In this document: positions 20,730 through 30,683 of the stretch, one piece after another
Position numbering within the stretch: the stretch's first letter is position 1
Layout: each line of letters starts with the position of its first letter
NCBI GenBank assembly: GCA_918797485.1
Contig: CAKKNE010000001.1
Location: forward strand, 1,240,001-1,304,000
Direction of reading: 5' to 3'
DNA: 64,000 nt
Source: Pelagomonas calceolata
Taxonomy: Eukaryota
Notes under the pieces: model-generated
Told to the model about the DNA's origin: nothing
Databases searched by the model: none
What the model saw: only the letters and a program-made list of their open reading frames with translations
Program-made: the position numbers and the translations under genes

Positions 20730-22373
20730 TCAGGCGTAGCCCTCGAGCTCGGAGTCGGTCTCGTCGTCGTAGATCATGCGATGCGGCGCCGCCCGGGCCA
20801 GGCGCACGGAGCCGCCGGCGGCGCCGTTCACCAGTTCCAGGCCGGGGATCTCGGCGACGAACGCCGTCATCTTCGCGAAGCCCAGGGACTTGTAGTCGAG
20901 CATGCGGCCGTACTTCCTCCTATAAAGTCCGGAGATTGTGTTCATGGCGACCTCGTCCCGGTCACTTGAGGAGATCAGCGCGCGGACGTCCTCTTCGACA
21001 TCCTCCCGCGAGAGTTGTTGCCGGGAAAATCCAGGAGGTGTGGGGTCCGGCGTCGCGCGTTCGCTTCTAGGAGGCCGCGGCGGCGGCGTCAGGCCCGGCG
21101 GCTTGATGATCGAGGGCGGCGTTGGGGGAGGTTCCCGCCTGACTGGCGACGACTTGGGCTCCGGGGCCGTCTCCGGTTGGCCCGAGAGGAAGCCCCAATT
21201 TTCCAGAGATTTGCGTAAGCATTGGGCTTCACTATCCGACCCCTGGCAGTGCTCCAGGCCGTCCTCGATGTGGAGCGTCAGCTTCTTGGCGCCTCGGTCC
21301 AACAAACGAGCGGCAGACCGCAGACACAGCGACGCGGCGATGGTCTTATCCCTAGAACCGTGCCAGAAGACGATTTTGAGGTCCCGAGCGGATCTCGCGG
21401 AGATCGGCGTGCAGGAGTAGAGCTGGCCGAAGGAACAGAAGACGCCGCCGATGGTCTTCGGATGAGTAGTAGCCGCATCCAAAGCGGTACAGCCGCCCTG
21501 CGACTCGCCGAAAAGCGCGACGCGGCGGTAGTCCCCGCCGAACTTCTCCGCCTCCTTGTCGATCTCGGCATGTATGAGTTTTCTAGCTTCCGCCAGGTGG
21601 TTCTGGTCGATGTCCTCCTCGATCTCCGGCCGCCCGCCGGCGCCGCCGTGATCGGTAAAATAGTCGTGCCAGGCGGATTCTACCGGCGTTTCTCCCGGGT
21701 AGCAGCTTATTTCTCGTTTGGGTGCGTTCAGGAAGACCAAGCGGCAGCGCTGTCCTAAATCGCCCATAGATTTAAGACGGGGCTTCCAGCTCGAGGCGCA
21801 CTGCTTCGCGTCGCAGGCGAAGCCGTGGAGCAGCAAGATGGAGCAGACGGCCGGGCCGTTTTGCGGTTCGACGACGATGGCCCGTCCGAGCCTCACTTCT
21901 CTGGTCGGTTTCGTCGTGATCGGCGAATTTGTGGTAGCGCTCCGCGTCGTGATGGGCGACGCGCGCGGCGCGGGCGCCGGCGCCTCCTTGACGGGCCGCG
22001 CGATGGGCTTGGGCTTCGGTCTTTGAGCTGGCGCCGGGGCTTGCACGGGCTTCGGTCTTTGAGCGGGCGCCGGGGCCTGCGCCACTCTCTTCTTCGGCCT
22101 CGTAGGTGCAGGGGCGGGCGCCGGGCTCGCTATCTTTTTGAAGCCGGGCGGCTTGGCGACGGGCGGCTTCCGCGCGGCGGGCGCCTTGGCCGCGCGGTTG
22201 GCGTACACGCCCTCAGTGTACTGGCCGTTGGGCGCCGCGTTCTCGCTCTCGCTGCCGCGCCGGACCCGGGCCTTGGGCGCGGGCCGTCTCGCGGCCTGCG
22301 GCCTCGCGGCGCCTCCGGCCTGCGGTCTGGCGCCGCCGGCCTTGGGATTCACTCTAGCGGCTGTGGTGGGCAT
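20730..22373 (-). CDS. Phospholipase/carboxylesterase (abhydrolase_2) with a basic disordered N-terminus and a C-terminal OST-HTH/LOTUS domain
   Basis: LLHG, VFLNAP, AWHD, GESQGG nucleophile, HGSRD, GLEH; C-terminal LYRRKYGRMLDYKSLGFAKMTAFVAEIPG. Confidence 0.85.
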   Translation of the reverse strand: MPTTAARVNPKAGGARPQAGGAARPQAARRPAPKARVRRGSESENAAPNGQYTEGVYANRAAKAPAARKPPVAKPPGFKKIASPAPAPAPTRPKKRVAQAPAPAQRPKPVQAPAPAQRPKPKPIARPVKEAPAPAPRASPITTRSATTNSPITTKPTREVRLGRAIVVEPQNGPAVCSILLLHGFACDAKQCASSWKPRLKSMGDLGQRCRLVFLNAPKREISCYPGETPVESAWHDYFTDHGGAGGRPEIEEDIDQNHLAEARKLIHAEIDKEAEKFGGDYRRVALFGESQGGCTALDAATTHPKTIGGVFCSFGQLYSCTPISARSARDLKIVFWHGSRDKTIAASLCLRSAARLLDRGAKKLTLHIEDGLEHCQGSDSEAQCLRKSLENWGFLSGQPETAPEPKSSPVRREPPPTPPSIIKPPGLTPPPRPPRSERATPDPTPPGFSRQQLSREDVEEDVRALISSSDRDEVAMNTISGLYRRKYGRMLDYKSLGFAKMTAFVAEIPGLELVNGAAGGSVRLARAAPHRMIYDDETDSELEGYA

Positions 22374-22547
22374 CCTGATCTTGGAAAGGATGCCTCGCTG
22401 CCGATTTATAGGGCGACGAGCTAGCGTCGCGGCTCTGGCGTCGCTATCGGATCACTGCTGAGTGCTGGAGGAACCACCGTGGGCACTCGGCAAGCACCAA
22501 CAGGCGATATATCCGGCAGGCGGCTAAAAAGGGCTCGAGAGATTAAT

Positions 22548-22572
22548 TTAAGTGTGTTACTGTTACGCTAGG
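22548..22572 (+). promoter_or_regulatory. GCTAG-box element, variant
   Basis: TTAAGTGTGTTACTGTTACGCTAGG between two divergent esterase genes. Confidence 0.55.
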
Positions 22573-22711
22573 TCAAATTATACAAAAATTCGACCAAGCA
22601 AAACTGTGTGCCGCTGCGGTAACGCATCGAGCTAGTTGCTTCCTGATTAATGACCCTCTCATTACCGATAATCGAATCCCCAAACGCCAGCCGATGCGCC
22701 GCAGCCTAGTG

Positions 22712-23404
22712 ATGGCTGCAAACATCGCCACCACTGCAGCGGTGCGGCCGACCGTCATTTTTTTACACGGCTCCGGCGACACGGGTCGCGGTGTCGAGGG
22801 CTGGCTGCGGTCCCTGGCTCCACCGGACGCGCTGGCAGCCATTGATTGGGAGTTTCCGACGGCCGAACCCATTCCGTATGCGCTCGCGGGCGGCCAAGTC
22901 GCTAGTGTATGGTACGACCGCGTCGGCGGGTTCGAGCCGCATCATCCCGAGCAGACCGACAGCGTTGAGCGGAGTGCGTCTCGCATTCTCGCGCTCATTG
23001 ATGCCGCTGTCAAACGTGGCGTTCCCCCCTCAAAAATCGCGGTCGGCGGCTTTTCCATGGGTGGAAATTTAGCATATCAGACCGCGGCTCGCTACCACGC
23101 GGTCGCCGGCCGGGAGCCGCTCGGCGCCGTCGTCGGCCTGTCGTGCTACTCTGCAAAGGACTCGCGGGCCCACGCGCTACTCAAGGGCACGGGCGACCGC
23201 TGGCCCGAGACCTACGTCGCCCACGGCTCAGGCGACGACTTCATTCTGCCAGCCTGGGGCTCGGCGACCTACGAGGCCCTGAGCGCGGCCGGCGTCGACG
23301 CGTCCTTCCGCCACTTCTCCGGGGCCCACGAGATGACGGCTCCGGAGATCGCGGACGTGCTGGCGTTTTTGCGGCGGCGGCTGCTCGATGAGACTTGTGC
23401 GTAA
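22712..23404 (+). CDS. Acyl-protein thioesterase / LYPLAL1-like esterase
   Basis: IFLHGSGDTG, FPTA, VWYDR, GGFSMGG, HGSGDD, GAHE; alternative start at 22694. Confidence 0.9.
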   Translation: MAANIATTAAVRPTVIFLHGSGDTGRGVEGWLRSLAPPDALAAIDWEFPTAEPIPYALAGGQVASVWYDRVGGFEPHHPEQTDSVERSASRILALIDAAVKRGVPPSKIAVGGFSMGGNLAYQTAARYHAVAGREPLGAVVGLSCYSAKDSRAHALLKGTGDRWPETYVAHGSGDDFILPAWGSATYEALSAAGVDASFRHFSGAHEMTAPEIADVLAFLRRRLLDETCA

Positions 23405-23441
23405 GGTTGTGATGAATACAAACAGTGTTATATGCAAATGC

Positions 23442-23909
23442 CTACGACGACCCTCCGAACTCGGCCGCCCGCGCTTCCAGTTCGGCCGCGGTTGGCGCGC
23501 TTGAGCACTCGCACCTTTCTCCCGACGCGAGCGCGACGAGCGTGTCAGAGACGAAGTTCGCGCAGTCCCAGGGGCCCACGTAGGCGTCGACGGGGAAGTC
23601 CGTCGTCATCTGTTCGCCGACGTGCTGCAGGATGGAGCCGACGTCGTCCAGGCCCTTGGCTCGCGCGCCGAGGTACGCGTCCGCGGCATTCTGGCCGATG
23701 ACGACGTGGCAGTCCTGCTCGATCCACTCCCTATCCAGCATCTCTTGTAGCTCGGCGGAGATTACTTTTGCCGTTACGGCGTCGTCCAGAGCTGCGACCG
23801 TGATCGGTGCGACTTGGAGCGGTGCGAGGCGAGCAATTGGAGCGGTGGTGGACGGCGCGACGAAGGCGTGGACGGCAGGCGCGACGAGCAGGAGCGCTGC
23901 GGTCCTCAT
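23442..23909 (-). CDS. Plastid-targeted conserved hypothetical protein
   Basis: Signal peptide with ASAFAP-type cleavage (VHA-FVAP); LDREWIEQDCH..IG and YVGPWDCAN.VSD motifs. Confidence 0.75.
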   Translation of the reverse strand: MRTAALLLVAPAVHAFVAPSTTAPIARLAPLQVAPITVAALDDAVTAKVISAELQEMLDREWIEQDCHVVIGQNAADAYLGARAKGLDDVGSILQHVGEQMTTDFPVDAYVGPWDCANFVSDTLVALASGERCECSSAPTAAELEARAAEFGGSS

Positions 23910-23932
23910 GGCTGCAAAGTGGAGTAGCTGCT

Positions 23933-23933
<1 letters not shown>

Positions 23934-23964
<31 letters not shown>

Positions 23965-24003
23965 TCTCTTGCTTGCAAAATTGCTTGCTACTTGCTTGCT
24001 TGC
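23934..24003. repeat. Imperfect (TTGC)n microsatellite
   Basis: Repeated TTGC/CTTG units in the 5' region of the 23909 gene. Confidence 0.85.
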
Positions 24004-24273
24004 TGTGCGCCGCGGACGGAGCTTCTTCAAGCAGAGAGGGCGTTTGTGTGCGAGGTTTGACGTCTGCTGGGGTGTCTCAGGCAGCACCGGTAGGCGCAGC
24101 GGAGCAGCAGGCAGGTGGTTTAGTCTCGGGCTGTCAGAGAGAGCAGTTTTGCCAGCTCCACATCAGTCGCGTGAAGAGCAACTAGCTTTTTCAAATTTCG
24201 GCGTTAGGAGCTGCAGTCGCAATCGCATAGATCGACGCAGCGATTGCTTATCGAAAGCTGCGTCGTAAGCACA

Positions 24274-25680
24274 ATGCGGCACACCAACACATGCATCATC
24301 ATCTGTGCCACAGCGGCAGCACTGGTCACACCGCCGTCGCGGACGCTTACACGCATCTCCAAGACGCCGCGAACCCCCTATGCGAAGACGTACGACTTTA
24401 ACAGCGACCAAGTGCCCGTCGGAGCCGCGGCGCGCCGCGCCGTCGAGTTCTTCGCGGCCTGGAACAAGCGCGACATGGAGGCCGCGTGCGCCTGCTTCAG
24501 CGACGACTGTGTTTATGAGGACACGCAGTACTCCGGAGCCTTCGAGGGGAACGAAGCTGCGGGAGCACTTGGATAGAGTCGCGGACGCGCTACCTGACAC
24601 CTTTGCGTTTGTTGTGGACGACATCGCGGACGGCGGCGACACGGTCGGTGTAAGGTGGCACGTCGAGAACGACGGCGAGCCGTTGCCCTTCACGCGAGGC
24701 GCGTCGATCTACAAAGCGGACGGGAACGGCCTCCTGTGCTCCGGATTTGATGTGCCCGAGCCGGCGCCGCTCAAGCCCGGCGGGTCTGGCCTGGCATTGC
24801 TCTCGCTGGCCTCGAAGATCATCGACGAGCCGGTCCGCGCCGCGCCGCTCCTTTGCGCGCTGATCTACTGCTGGCAGCTCTTCCTCGCCGAGGGCCAGCT
24901 GCTCCCGGGGCCTAGCGCCCTAGCGCTTGATGGAGCGACGTGGGTCGAGGTCCGCGACCTCTCGCTCAACTTCTGGTTCGTCGGGCCGTCGGTCTTCGGC
25001 GGCGCGTTCCCGGTCGTGCATCCCGGCCTCGAGCTGTGTGGAAACCAACCAGTGAGTTAGGTTATCTACGGAAAGCACGTCGCGTCGATGGCGTCGGACG
25101 CCCGAAATTTGATTTCCACACAGGCCTCGAGGCCATATTCAACCTCGTGCTAGCCTGGTCGGCACTCTTCGCGGGCTTTGCGGCCGACGGGCGCCGCGGC
25201 CGGCCGCAGGGCTCGATGCTGCCGACGCTCGCCGGCATGCAGTTCCTCACGAACGCCTTCTTTTTACCTTACCTCGCGACGCGGCCCAGCGAGGAGGACG
25301 GCGCCGTCGTCGCGTTGGACGAGCTCTCGCCGGTCGAGCGCGCGACGGAGTCGCGGGCCCTGCCCATTTTGCTCGGCGGCGTCGGCGCGGTAGCGGTCTA
25401 TTGGTTCTTCGCCGCGCGACCGGAGTTCGGAGGCCTGGACGAGCGCCTCGGCTCGCTGCAGCAGCTCCTGGCCGGCGATCGCCTGGGCTCGTCGTTCCTC
25501 GTCGACCTCGGGCTCTACGCCGCGTTCCAGTCGTGGCTGATTCCCGATGACTTGAAGCGACGGGGTGTCGAGCTGGACTCGGATAGGGCCCGTCCCCTGC
25601 GGAGAATCGGATACGTGCCCTTCGTGGGGCTGATTGCCTATCTGCTGCTGCGGCCGCGGTACCCGGCGACGCGGGAATAG
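24274..25680 (+). CDS. SnoaL/NTF2-like domain plus multi-TM C-terminus, targeting peptide; one apparent frameshift (about 24550) and one GC-AG intron (25026-25123)
   Basis: FFAAWNKRDM....CFSDDCVYEDTQY...FEG, then a shifted frame (KLREHL...VGVRWHVE...LPFTRG); the intron join gives VVHPG/LEAIFN. Confidence 0.75.
25026..25131 (+). mobile_element. Introner element: 90-bp element (25034-25123) with perfect 11-bp TIR and perfect 8-bp TSD; GC-AG intron 25026-25123
   Basis: GCCTCGAG-[CTGTGTGGAAA...CGCGTCGATGGCGT...TTTCCACACAG]-GCCTCGAG. Confidence 0.92.
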
Positions 25681-25689
25681 CTGTCTGTA

Positions 25690-27722
25690 CTTCCTCCCAC
25701 TCGACCTACTTGAGCTCCCAGATAGACGTCTGAAAGCGTCCGGAAGAACCCAGCAGAAGTAGGAGTGAGTTTGAGGAGGTCTGAGGTGGGTCCGTGGCTA
25801 CCTATGACTACCCTTACTTCAACTTGAGGTTGACGTGGGGGGGAGTTGAAGCTGAGATACTACGGAGAGCTAAAACCCGCGAGGTAGAGGGGCTGTACTC
25901 TCGGAGGGCCAGCCGCGCGTGACGGGGGTGGTGCGGGTTTCCCTTAATACCAGGGAGTGTCCCCAGCCCCCTCGCCCGCTCGGTACACATAAAGACCTTA
26001 GACTAGCACAAACGGCGCCCTAATCGTCCTCGGACTCACTGCTCTCCGACTCTGAGGCATCATCGATGTCTTTGTCGGGGTTTTCTTTCTTCCATTGGGC
26101 GAGCAATTTTCTGAAGGCACGCTTGGCCTTCTTGATGGTGTCCGAGGGGACCTTCCGGATCTCTTCGAGGCCCTTAGTGGCGCGTTTCCGGTTGCCGACG
26201 TGTTTCGCGTAGTCGTTGTCGCCCTCGGTTTCCAATATTCCTCGCAGATTAACGTTCAGGACGCGCCAGCAGGCTTCGAGGCGCTCGGCGGGGTACTCCT
26301 CGTAGCATTTATTGACTGCGTCTCGCAGTTCAAAAAGGTTCGACGTAGAAACACAGCTCGTATCCGACTGTAGCGAGTTGAAGAAGGCGATATCATCCAT
26401 ATTGGTGTCGGGAGACTGTGCCGGCTGTTCACATACAGTGATTAAGAAGTCTTCCTCCTGACCCTTTTGTTCGAACACCTCTTCATTTGCCTTTGCTGTG
26501 TGTGGTCGTGCCCCATCGTGCTGTAACCAAATTTCTTGACCGGCCTCCGGCTTTCCAGACCCCTTCTTATACCACCACATCTTCTCTCGGATTGCCTCCA
26601 TGACACCTTCCTTACCTGTAATTACTTTGCGGTACACTTTGGCATCGACGGTATACGTCTCCATAATGTCGGTGACTCCCTTGACCGTCCCAGTCGCCTT
26701 ATGTGACCTTTTAGCTTTGCGAACTATGGCAAAGTGCCAAATACCTATTTTCCCATCGAAATTGTACTCAGGACGGGGCCGTGCGACCGCCACGAGAAAC
26801 ATTAATTTTGGTGTTCGAGACTTGTGATAAAGCCTCCGAGGGGGCGGCAAAGTGTAGTTCCCATGGGCGTCTGGGAAGACTCGACACACGGCACCGTCAT
26901 CCATTTGAAAGAACCACTTTTCATCAACATGGACGGTGTCCTTATGGTCGGACAACATACCATTGCCATCAATTTCATCTAATGCCCACTTGAGACGCTG
27001 AACTTTGTGTCTCAGACGCAGAAGTGGTTTAATATACTGCCTATGCTTTTTGGCACCGAGAGCTTTGCACCAGCGACGCATAGATTCTTCAGAAGTGCCA
27101 TCGAGATCGGGCAGCTCCTTCACCACCTTGCCCAACAGCTTTTTAGTAGAGAGCTTGCCCCAGTACTTCCAATTAATCTCCAAAATCGTCTCCGCAATAG
27201 GCACGGTCAATTTGGTGTTGGTCGCGGCTCGACCTATTCGCTTCGATGCCAGAGAACGCCGAGATTTGACCGGGTCAGCTCCCTCGGCCTCGGCTTTGCG
27301 CTGCGTCCTGTTCCACCGTGTGATGGACTGATAGCTGATGTTGTACGGCTTGAATTTCTCGAGAAGACGGGCCTTAGCACCTGGTGGTAACGTCCCGCCG
27401 GGCCCGAGCGCCGCGCGGTACTCGGCCACGGCCGCCTGGCGGTGTTCCAAGTCCAGGTCGCTGTGCGACCCGGGCCTACGCTTCTCGAGGGGCGATTCAA
27501 AGGTCTTCTTCGGGCTCCGCACTCGCTTGAGCGCCTTTTTGGCAATCGCAGAGAGTCGCACATTTTTAGGCTGCGGCGACTGCGGCGGCGTGGCCAAGTC
27601 CATGCGGGCGACCTATGCGGTACCCAGGCAACCTCTTACGCGCCTCTGCGCCATCGCTGCGGCTGCCCCACGCGCCGTTTGCGCGTTTAAACCGCGAGCT
27701 CAAGTAGGATGAGTGGGACTAG
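25690..27722 (-). mobile_element. Tc1/mariner-superfamily DNA transposon (plant-mariner-like), apparently full length
   Basis: Imperfect TIRs CTTCCTCCCACTCGACCTACTTGAGCTC (25690-25717) and reverse-complement CTAGTCCCACTCATCCTACTTGAGCTC (27696-27722), flanked by TA at 25688-89 and 27723-24; encloses a transposase ORF. Confidence 0.88.
26020..27603 (-). CDS. Mariner-like DDD transposase (527 aa, uninterrupted)
   Basis: IKPLL...HK..RL.W, VHVDEKWFF, KLMFLVAVARP...FDGKIGIW, QHDGARPH, QPAQSPDTNMDDIAFFNSLQS, GDNDY. Confidence 0.93.
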   Translation of the reverse strand: MDLATPPQSPQPKNVRLSAIAKKALKRVRSPKKTFESPLEKRRPGSHSDLDLEHRQAAVAEYRAALGPGGTLPPGAKARLLEKFKPYNISYQSITRWNRTQRKAEAEGADPVKSRRSLASKRIGRAATNTKLTVPIAETILEINWKYWGKLSTKKLLGKVVKELPDLDGTSEESMRRWCKALGAKKHRQYIKPLLRLRHKVQRLKWALDEIDGNGMLSDHKDTVHVDEKWFFQMDDGAVCRVFPDAHGNYTLPPPRRLYHKSRTPKLMFLVAVARPRPEYNFDGKIGIWHFAIVRKAKRSHKATGTVKGVTDIMETYTVDAKVYRKVITGKEGVMEAIREKMWWYKKGSGKPEAGQEIWLQHDGARPHTAKANEEVFEQKGQEEDFLITVCEQPAQSPDTNMDDIAFFNSLQSDTSCVSTSNLFELRDAVNKCYEEYPAERLEACWRVLNVNLRGILETEGDNDYAKHVGNRKRATKGLEEIRKVPSDTIKKAKRAFRKLLAQWKKENPDKDIDDASESESSESEDD

Positions 27723-27822
27723 TAAGTAACGTTTATGTACGAGGGAAGAGAGAGAGTGAGCGGGGAACGGGATGCGGAGACGGGAGAGAGGAAGCTTGCT
27801 TGCACCGGCGTACGTTCAGTGT

Positions 27823-28576
27823 CTAGAAGGCCACCAGCGCCAGGAGGCCGACCGCGGCGCTCGCGGCGAACGGAGTTGCGGCGTCGGACTCGTGGTGCGT
27901 GGGGGACGGAGTTTCCGGCGTCAGAGTCGGCGCCATTGTCGGAGGGCTCGGGACGCGAAACGCCCGGACGTGGCCGTCAGAGCTGCCCGCGAAGAGGAGG
28001 CCCGCTTCCGTGGGCGACCAGACGATCTTGTTAACCCTGACGGTATAATCTGGGTCGGCGATTTCTTGCTCGAAGTATTTCTCGTACTCATTGTCTGAGT
28101 GGCCGTACACCAGGACGCTGTCGACCGTACCAGCAGCAAGGGTCGAGTCAGCATCGAAATCCAAAGAAAACGTCGACAAATCCTGAGCCTCCTTGTCCAC
28201 GATAAAATACCTTTGCGCATCAATCACGACAATTTCCGGTGATTCCCCGCCCACGGCGAGGTGCTTGCCGTCCGGGCTAAAAGCGATCGTGTTGACCGCG
28301 GAACCGTCAGCGAAAATTATATCATGCAGCAGTTGTCCACTTTCCGCGTCGTAGAAGCGCAAGCTGTTGCCTCCATCGTTTGGAACCCCACCCACCACAA
28401 GCTTTTGACCGTCGCGCGACCACGCGACCGCGTTCACGCGGATACCTTCCGCGCGCCATACCGAGGACGGCGGAGAAGAGGCATATGGCCGCGACGGCGC
28501 CGATCCACATCTTGTTGCTCTGCTTCTTGGCGACGAGCGGCTCGGTCTCTTTCGGGATGGTGCTGTACGAGGCCAT
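27823..28576 (-). CDS. WD40-repeat protein with N-terminal TM anchor and GPI-like tail; frame break near 28450 (possible pseudogene or assembly error)
   Basis: ORF 28322..28576 gives MASYSTIP...TM helix; ORF 27823..28611 gives VNAVAWSRDG, VNTIAFSPDG, VNKIVWSP...GSSDGHVRAF, a PT linker and a hydrophobic C-terminus. Confidence 0.6.
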
Positions 28577-29012
28577 GGTATGCAGGCCTGCGCGTCACCC
28601 GGGCGCGTCACCCGCGTCGCGGCGTCGGTCGGCGGTCGCGAATTTTGTTCATCCTTTTTCGTGTCCGTCGATCGAGCGACCGCTCAAGCGCGTAGTGCCG
28701 CGACTCTACCAGTGGTGTGATCTCTCGGGTCTTGGCTCGTCTCCGGCTCCTGAAGGTGTGTGAGAGCCAGGCTAAAGCTCTCAGCTCTCGTGCTCAGGCT
28801 CCGCGCGCTCTCGCGAGAATTTTGAGACGGGGAGAGGGAAAGGAGATGTCGACGCGCGGATCGTTACGTTTTCGTGAGGAGCGTGCTCAGGAACAGGGCT
28901 GGACTGCGCTTTTTTTGCCCCAGGAGACCTCCCTGATAACGGATGCTGCTTGCAACGTCCCAACACATCACGCCCGGACCCTCGCTTTGCAACTATAAGT
29001 AGTACGTTATTC

Positions 29013-30086
29013 TTACGCGCTCGCCACCTCCACGTCGCCCGCGCCCTGCGCCTTCGCGACGTCGGCGCGCAGCGGGCTCTGCTTGTACTGCGACGACGCC
29101 GCGATGCAGCAGACCAGGGCCAGGACGCCCAGGGGCGACGCGTGCTTGTCCAGAAACGCGATCGCTAATAATACCGTGCCCAGCTTGTTCGCGACTCCTA
29201 TTAATGTATATGACGTCGCCGACACGAGGCCCCGGCACAGCCACCCGGCGTAGCCGATTAATGTGGCCACGACCGACGACACGAACAGCACAATACCATC
29301 CCCCATCGACATTGATATCAGTTTCTCGCCGAATCCTTCCAAATCCCCTCGTACATAAGCCAACGCGGCGAGTAGGGGAAGCGCCAGGAGGTTCGTGAGC
29401 CAGACCGACTCCCAGACGCCCAACCGCAATGCTGACGTTAAATGCTTGCCGAAGGTCATTTCAAAACATATGAGCGCAAAGTACAAAAAGCACCACGAGT
29501 AGCCCGCGAAGCCCTCGACGTAGAACTGGGCGTCGGTCGCGACGTACGCCGACGCCGCGACGGCGGTGGCTATCAACGACGCCAAGGCTTGCGACGACGG
29601 CGCGCTCCGCCCGAGGAACACGTAGTCCAAGGCCGCCACCGCTAACGGCGTCGACGCCCGGAAGACAATAAAGGTCTCGACGTTGGATTTTCGTAATGCC
29701 ATGACCGACGCGTAGATGCTGCCCACAAACGCGACGGCGTACAGCCCGAAGCCCTCGACCTTCGGTCGTGTGAGCGCGCCGATGTCGGCCAAATCTAGCA
29801 CAGCAAGAGCCTTGCAGGCTGCCGTGGCGAAGGCGATCTGCACGACCACGACAGCTCCCGGTCGCAACGGCGTCGCGCCCGAGCCGTTCACCGCCAACTT
29901 ATTGAGAAACAACAGCGAAGACGAGCATAAACAATAGAAGGCGACCGCAAAGATGACTTGCCGTCGCGGCGCGTCGACCGGAAGCTGCCGCGCCGCGTGC
30001 GACGGCGACGGCGCAAAAGTGTTTGGCGGCGCTTCATGCCGTGGGCAGCGCGAGTAGGCCGCCTCGTCGCCCTTGACCAGGGCCAT
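29013..30086 (-). CDS. Nucleotide-sugar transporter (GDP-mannose/GDP-fucose, GONST-like)
   Basis: YCLCSSSLLFLNKLA, ALRKSNVETFIVFRASTPL, CRGLVSATSYTLIGVANK; multiple TM helices. Confidence 0.9.
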   Translation of the reverse strand: MALVKGDEAAYSRCPRHEAPPNTFAPSPSHAARQLPVDAPRRQVIFAVAFYCLCSSSLLFLNKLAVNGSGATPLRPGAVVVVQIAFATAACKALAVLDLADIGALTRPKVEGFGLYAVAFVGSIYASVMALRKSNVETFIVFRASTPLAVAALDYVFLGRSAPSSQALASLIATAVAASAYVATDAQFYVEGFAGYSWCFLYFALICFEMTFGKHLTSALRLGVWESVWLTNLLALPLLAALAYVRGDLEGFGEKLISMSMGDGIVLFVSSVVATLIGYAGWLCRGLVSATSYTLIGVANKLGTVLLAIAFLDKHASPLGVLALVCCIAASSQYKQSPLRADVAKAQGAGDVEVASA

Positions 30087-30434
30087 GCGGCGGTTGGGCG
30101 ACGCCGTCTTTGGGCTCGTGTCCCGGCTGTTGGAGCGCGGGCGGAGAATTGTTGTGCAGCCCAGCCCAGACCAAATAGCCTGAGCCTAGCTGGGGGTTGC
30201 TGCGACGGCGTCGCGGGGCAGCCCGAGCGATGAGCGTGCAGTCACGTCGCGATGGCGTGAAGCGCTGCGTCGCGGCTGCAACCGATGGCGACGGCGGCGC
30301 GTTCGACGGTCGAGGCTCGATGTCGCACGAAAGCAAAATTACGACTGCGCTCCGACCCATACCGAGGAGTCGGAGGTGGTTCATGGCCGTGCTCGAGGAA
30401 ATCATTGGTTTGTTTCGCGAAGGCGAAAAAACTT

Positions 30435-30459
30435 GCTAGTGTCTTACTGAGGCGCTAGC
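30435..30459 (+). promoter_or_regulatory. GCTAG-box element
   Basis: GCTAGTGTCTTACTGAGGCGCTAGC between divergent genes. Confidence 0.75.
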
Positions 30460-30683
30460 TACCTCAAAACGCGGAGCGGCAGCGCCGGCCTTTTTAGCCC
30501 TTGCAGTATGCTATAGCGCTTACTAATTAATCTCCAGAGCGCTCGCGCTGTGCGCGCATCGCTGCCGACTCACGGCCTTGCCCGGACCACTCAGTGCCCA
30601 GCGCTCAAGCCCCACTGTAGTGAGCCCAGCGCGCGGCAGCAATCACAAACGCTCACGCTACTACGCAGAACAAAAACGCAATA

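Noticed and set aside
23807..24268. ORFs with LLAC/QASK repeats
   Set aside because: Translations of the (TTGC)n microsatellite
25690..27722. Adjacent mariner as the autonomous partner of the introners
   Set aside because: Mariner duplicates TA and has unrelated TIRs; the introners have 8-bp TSDs and CTGTGTGG termini, which point to a different superfamily
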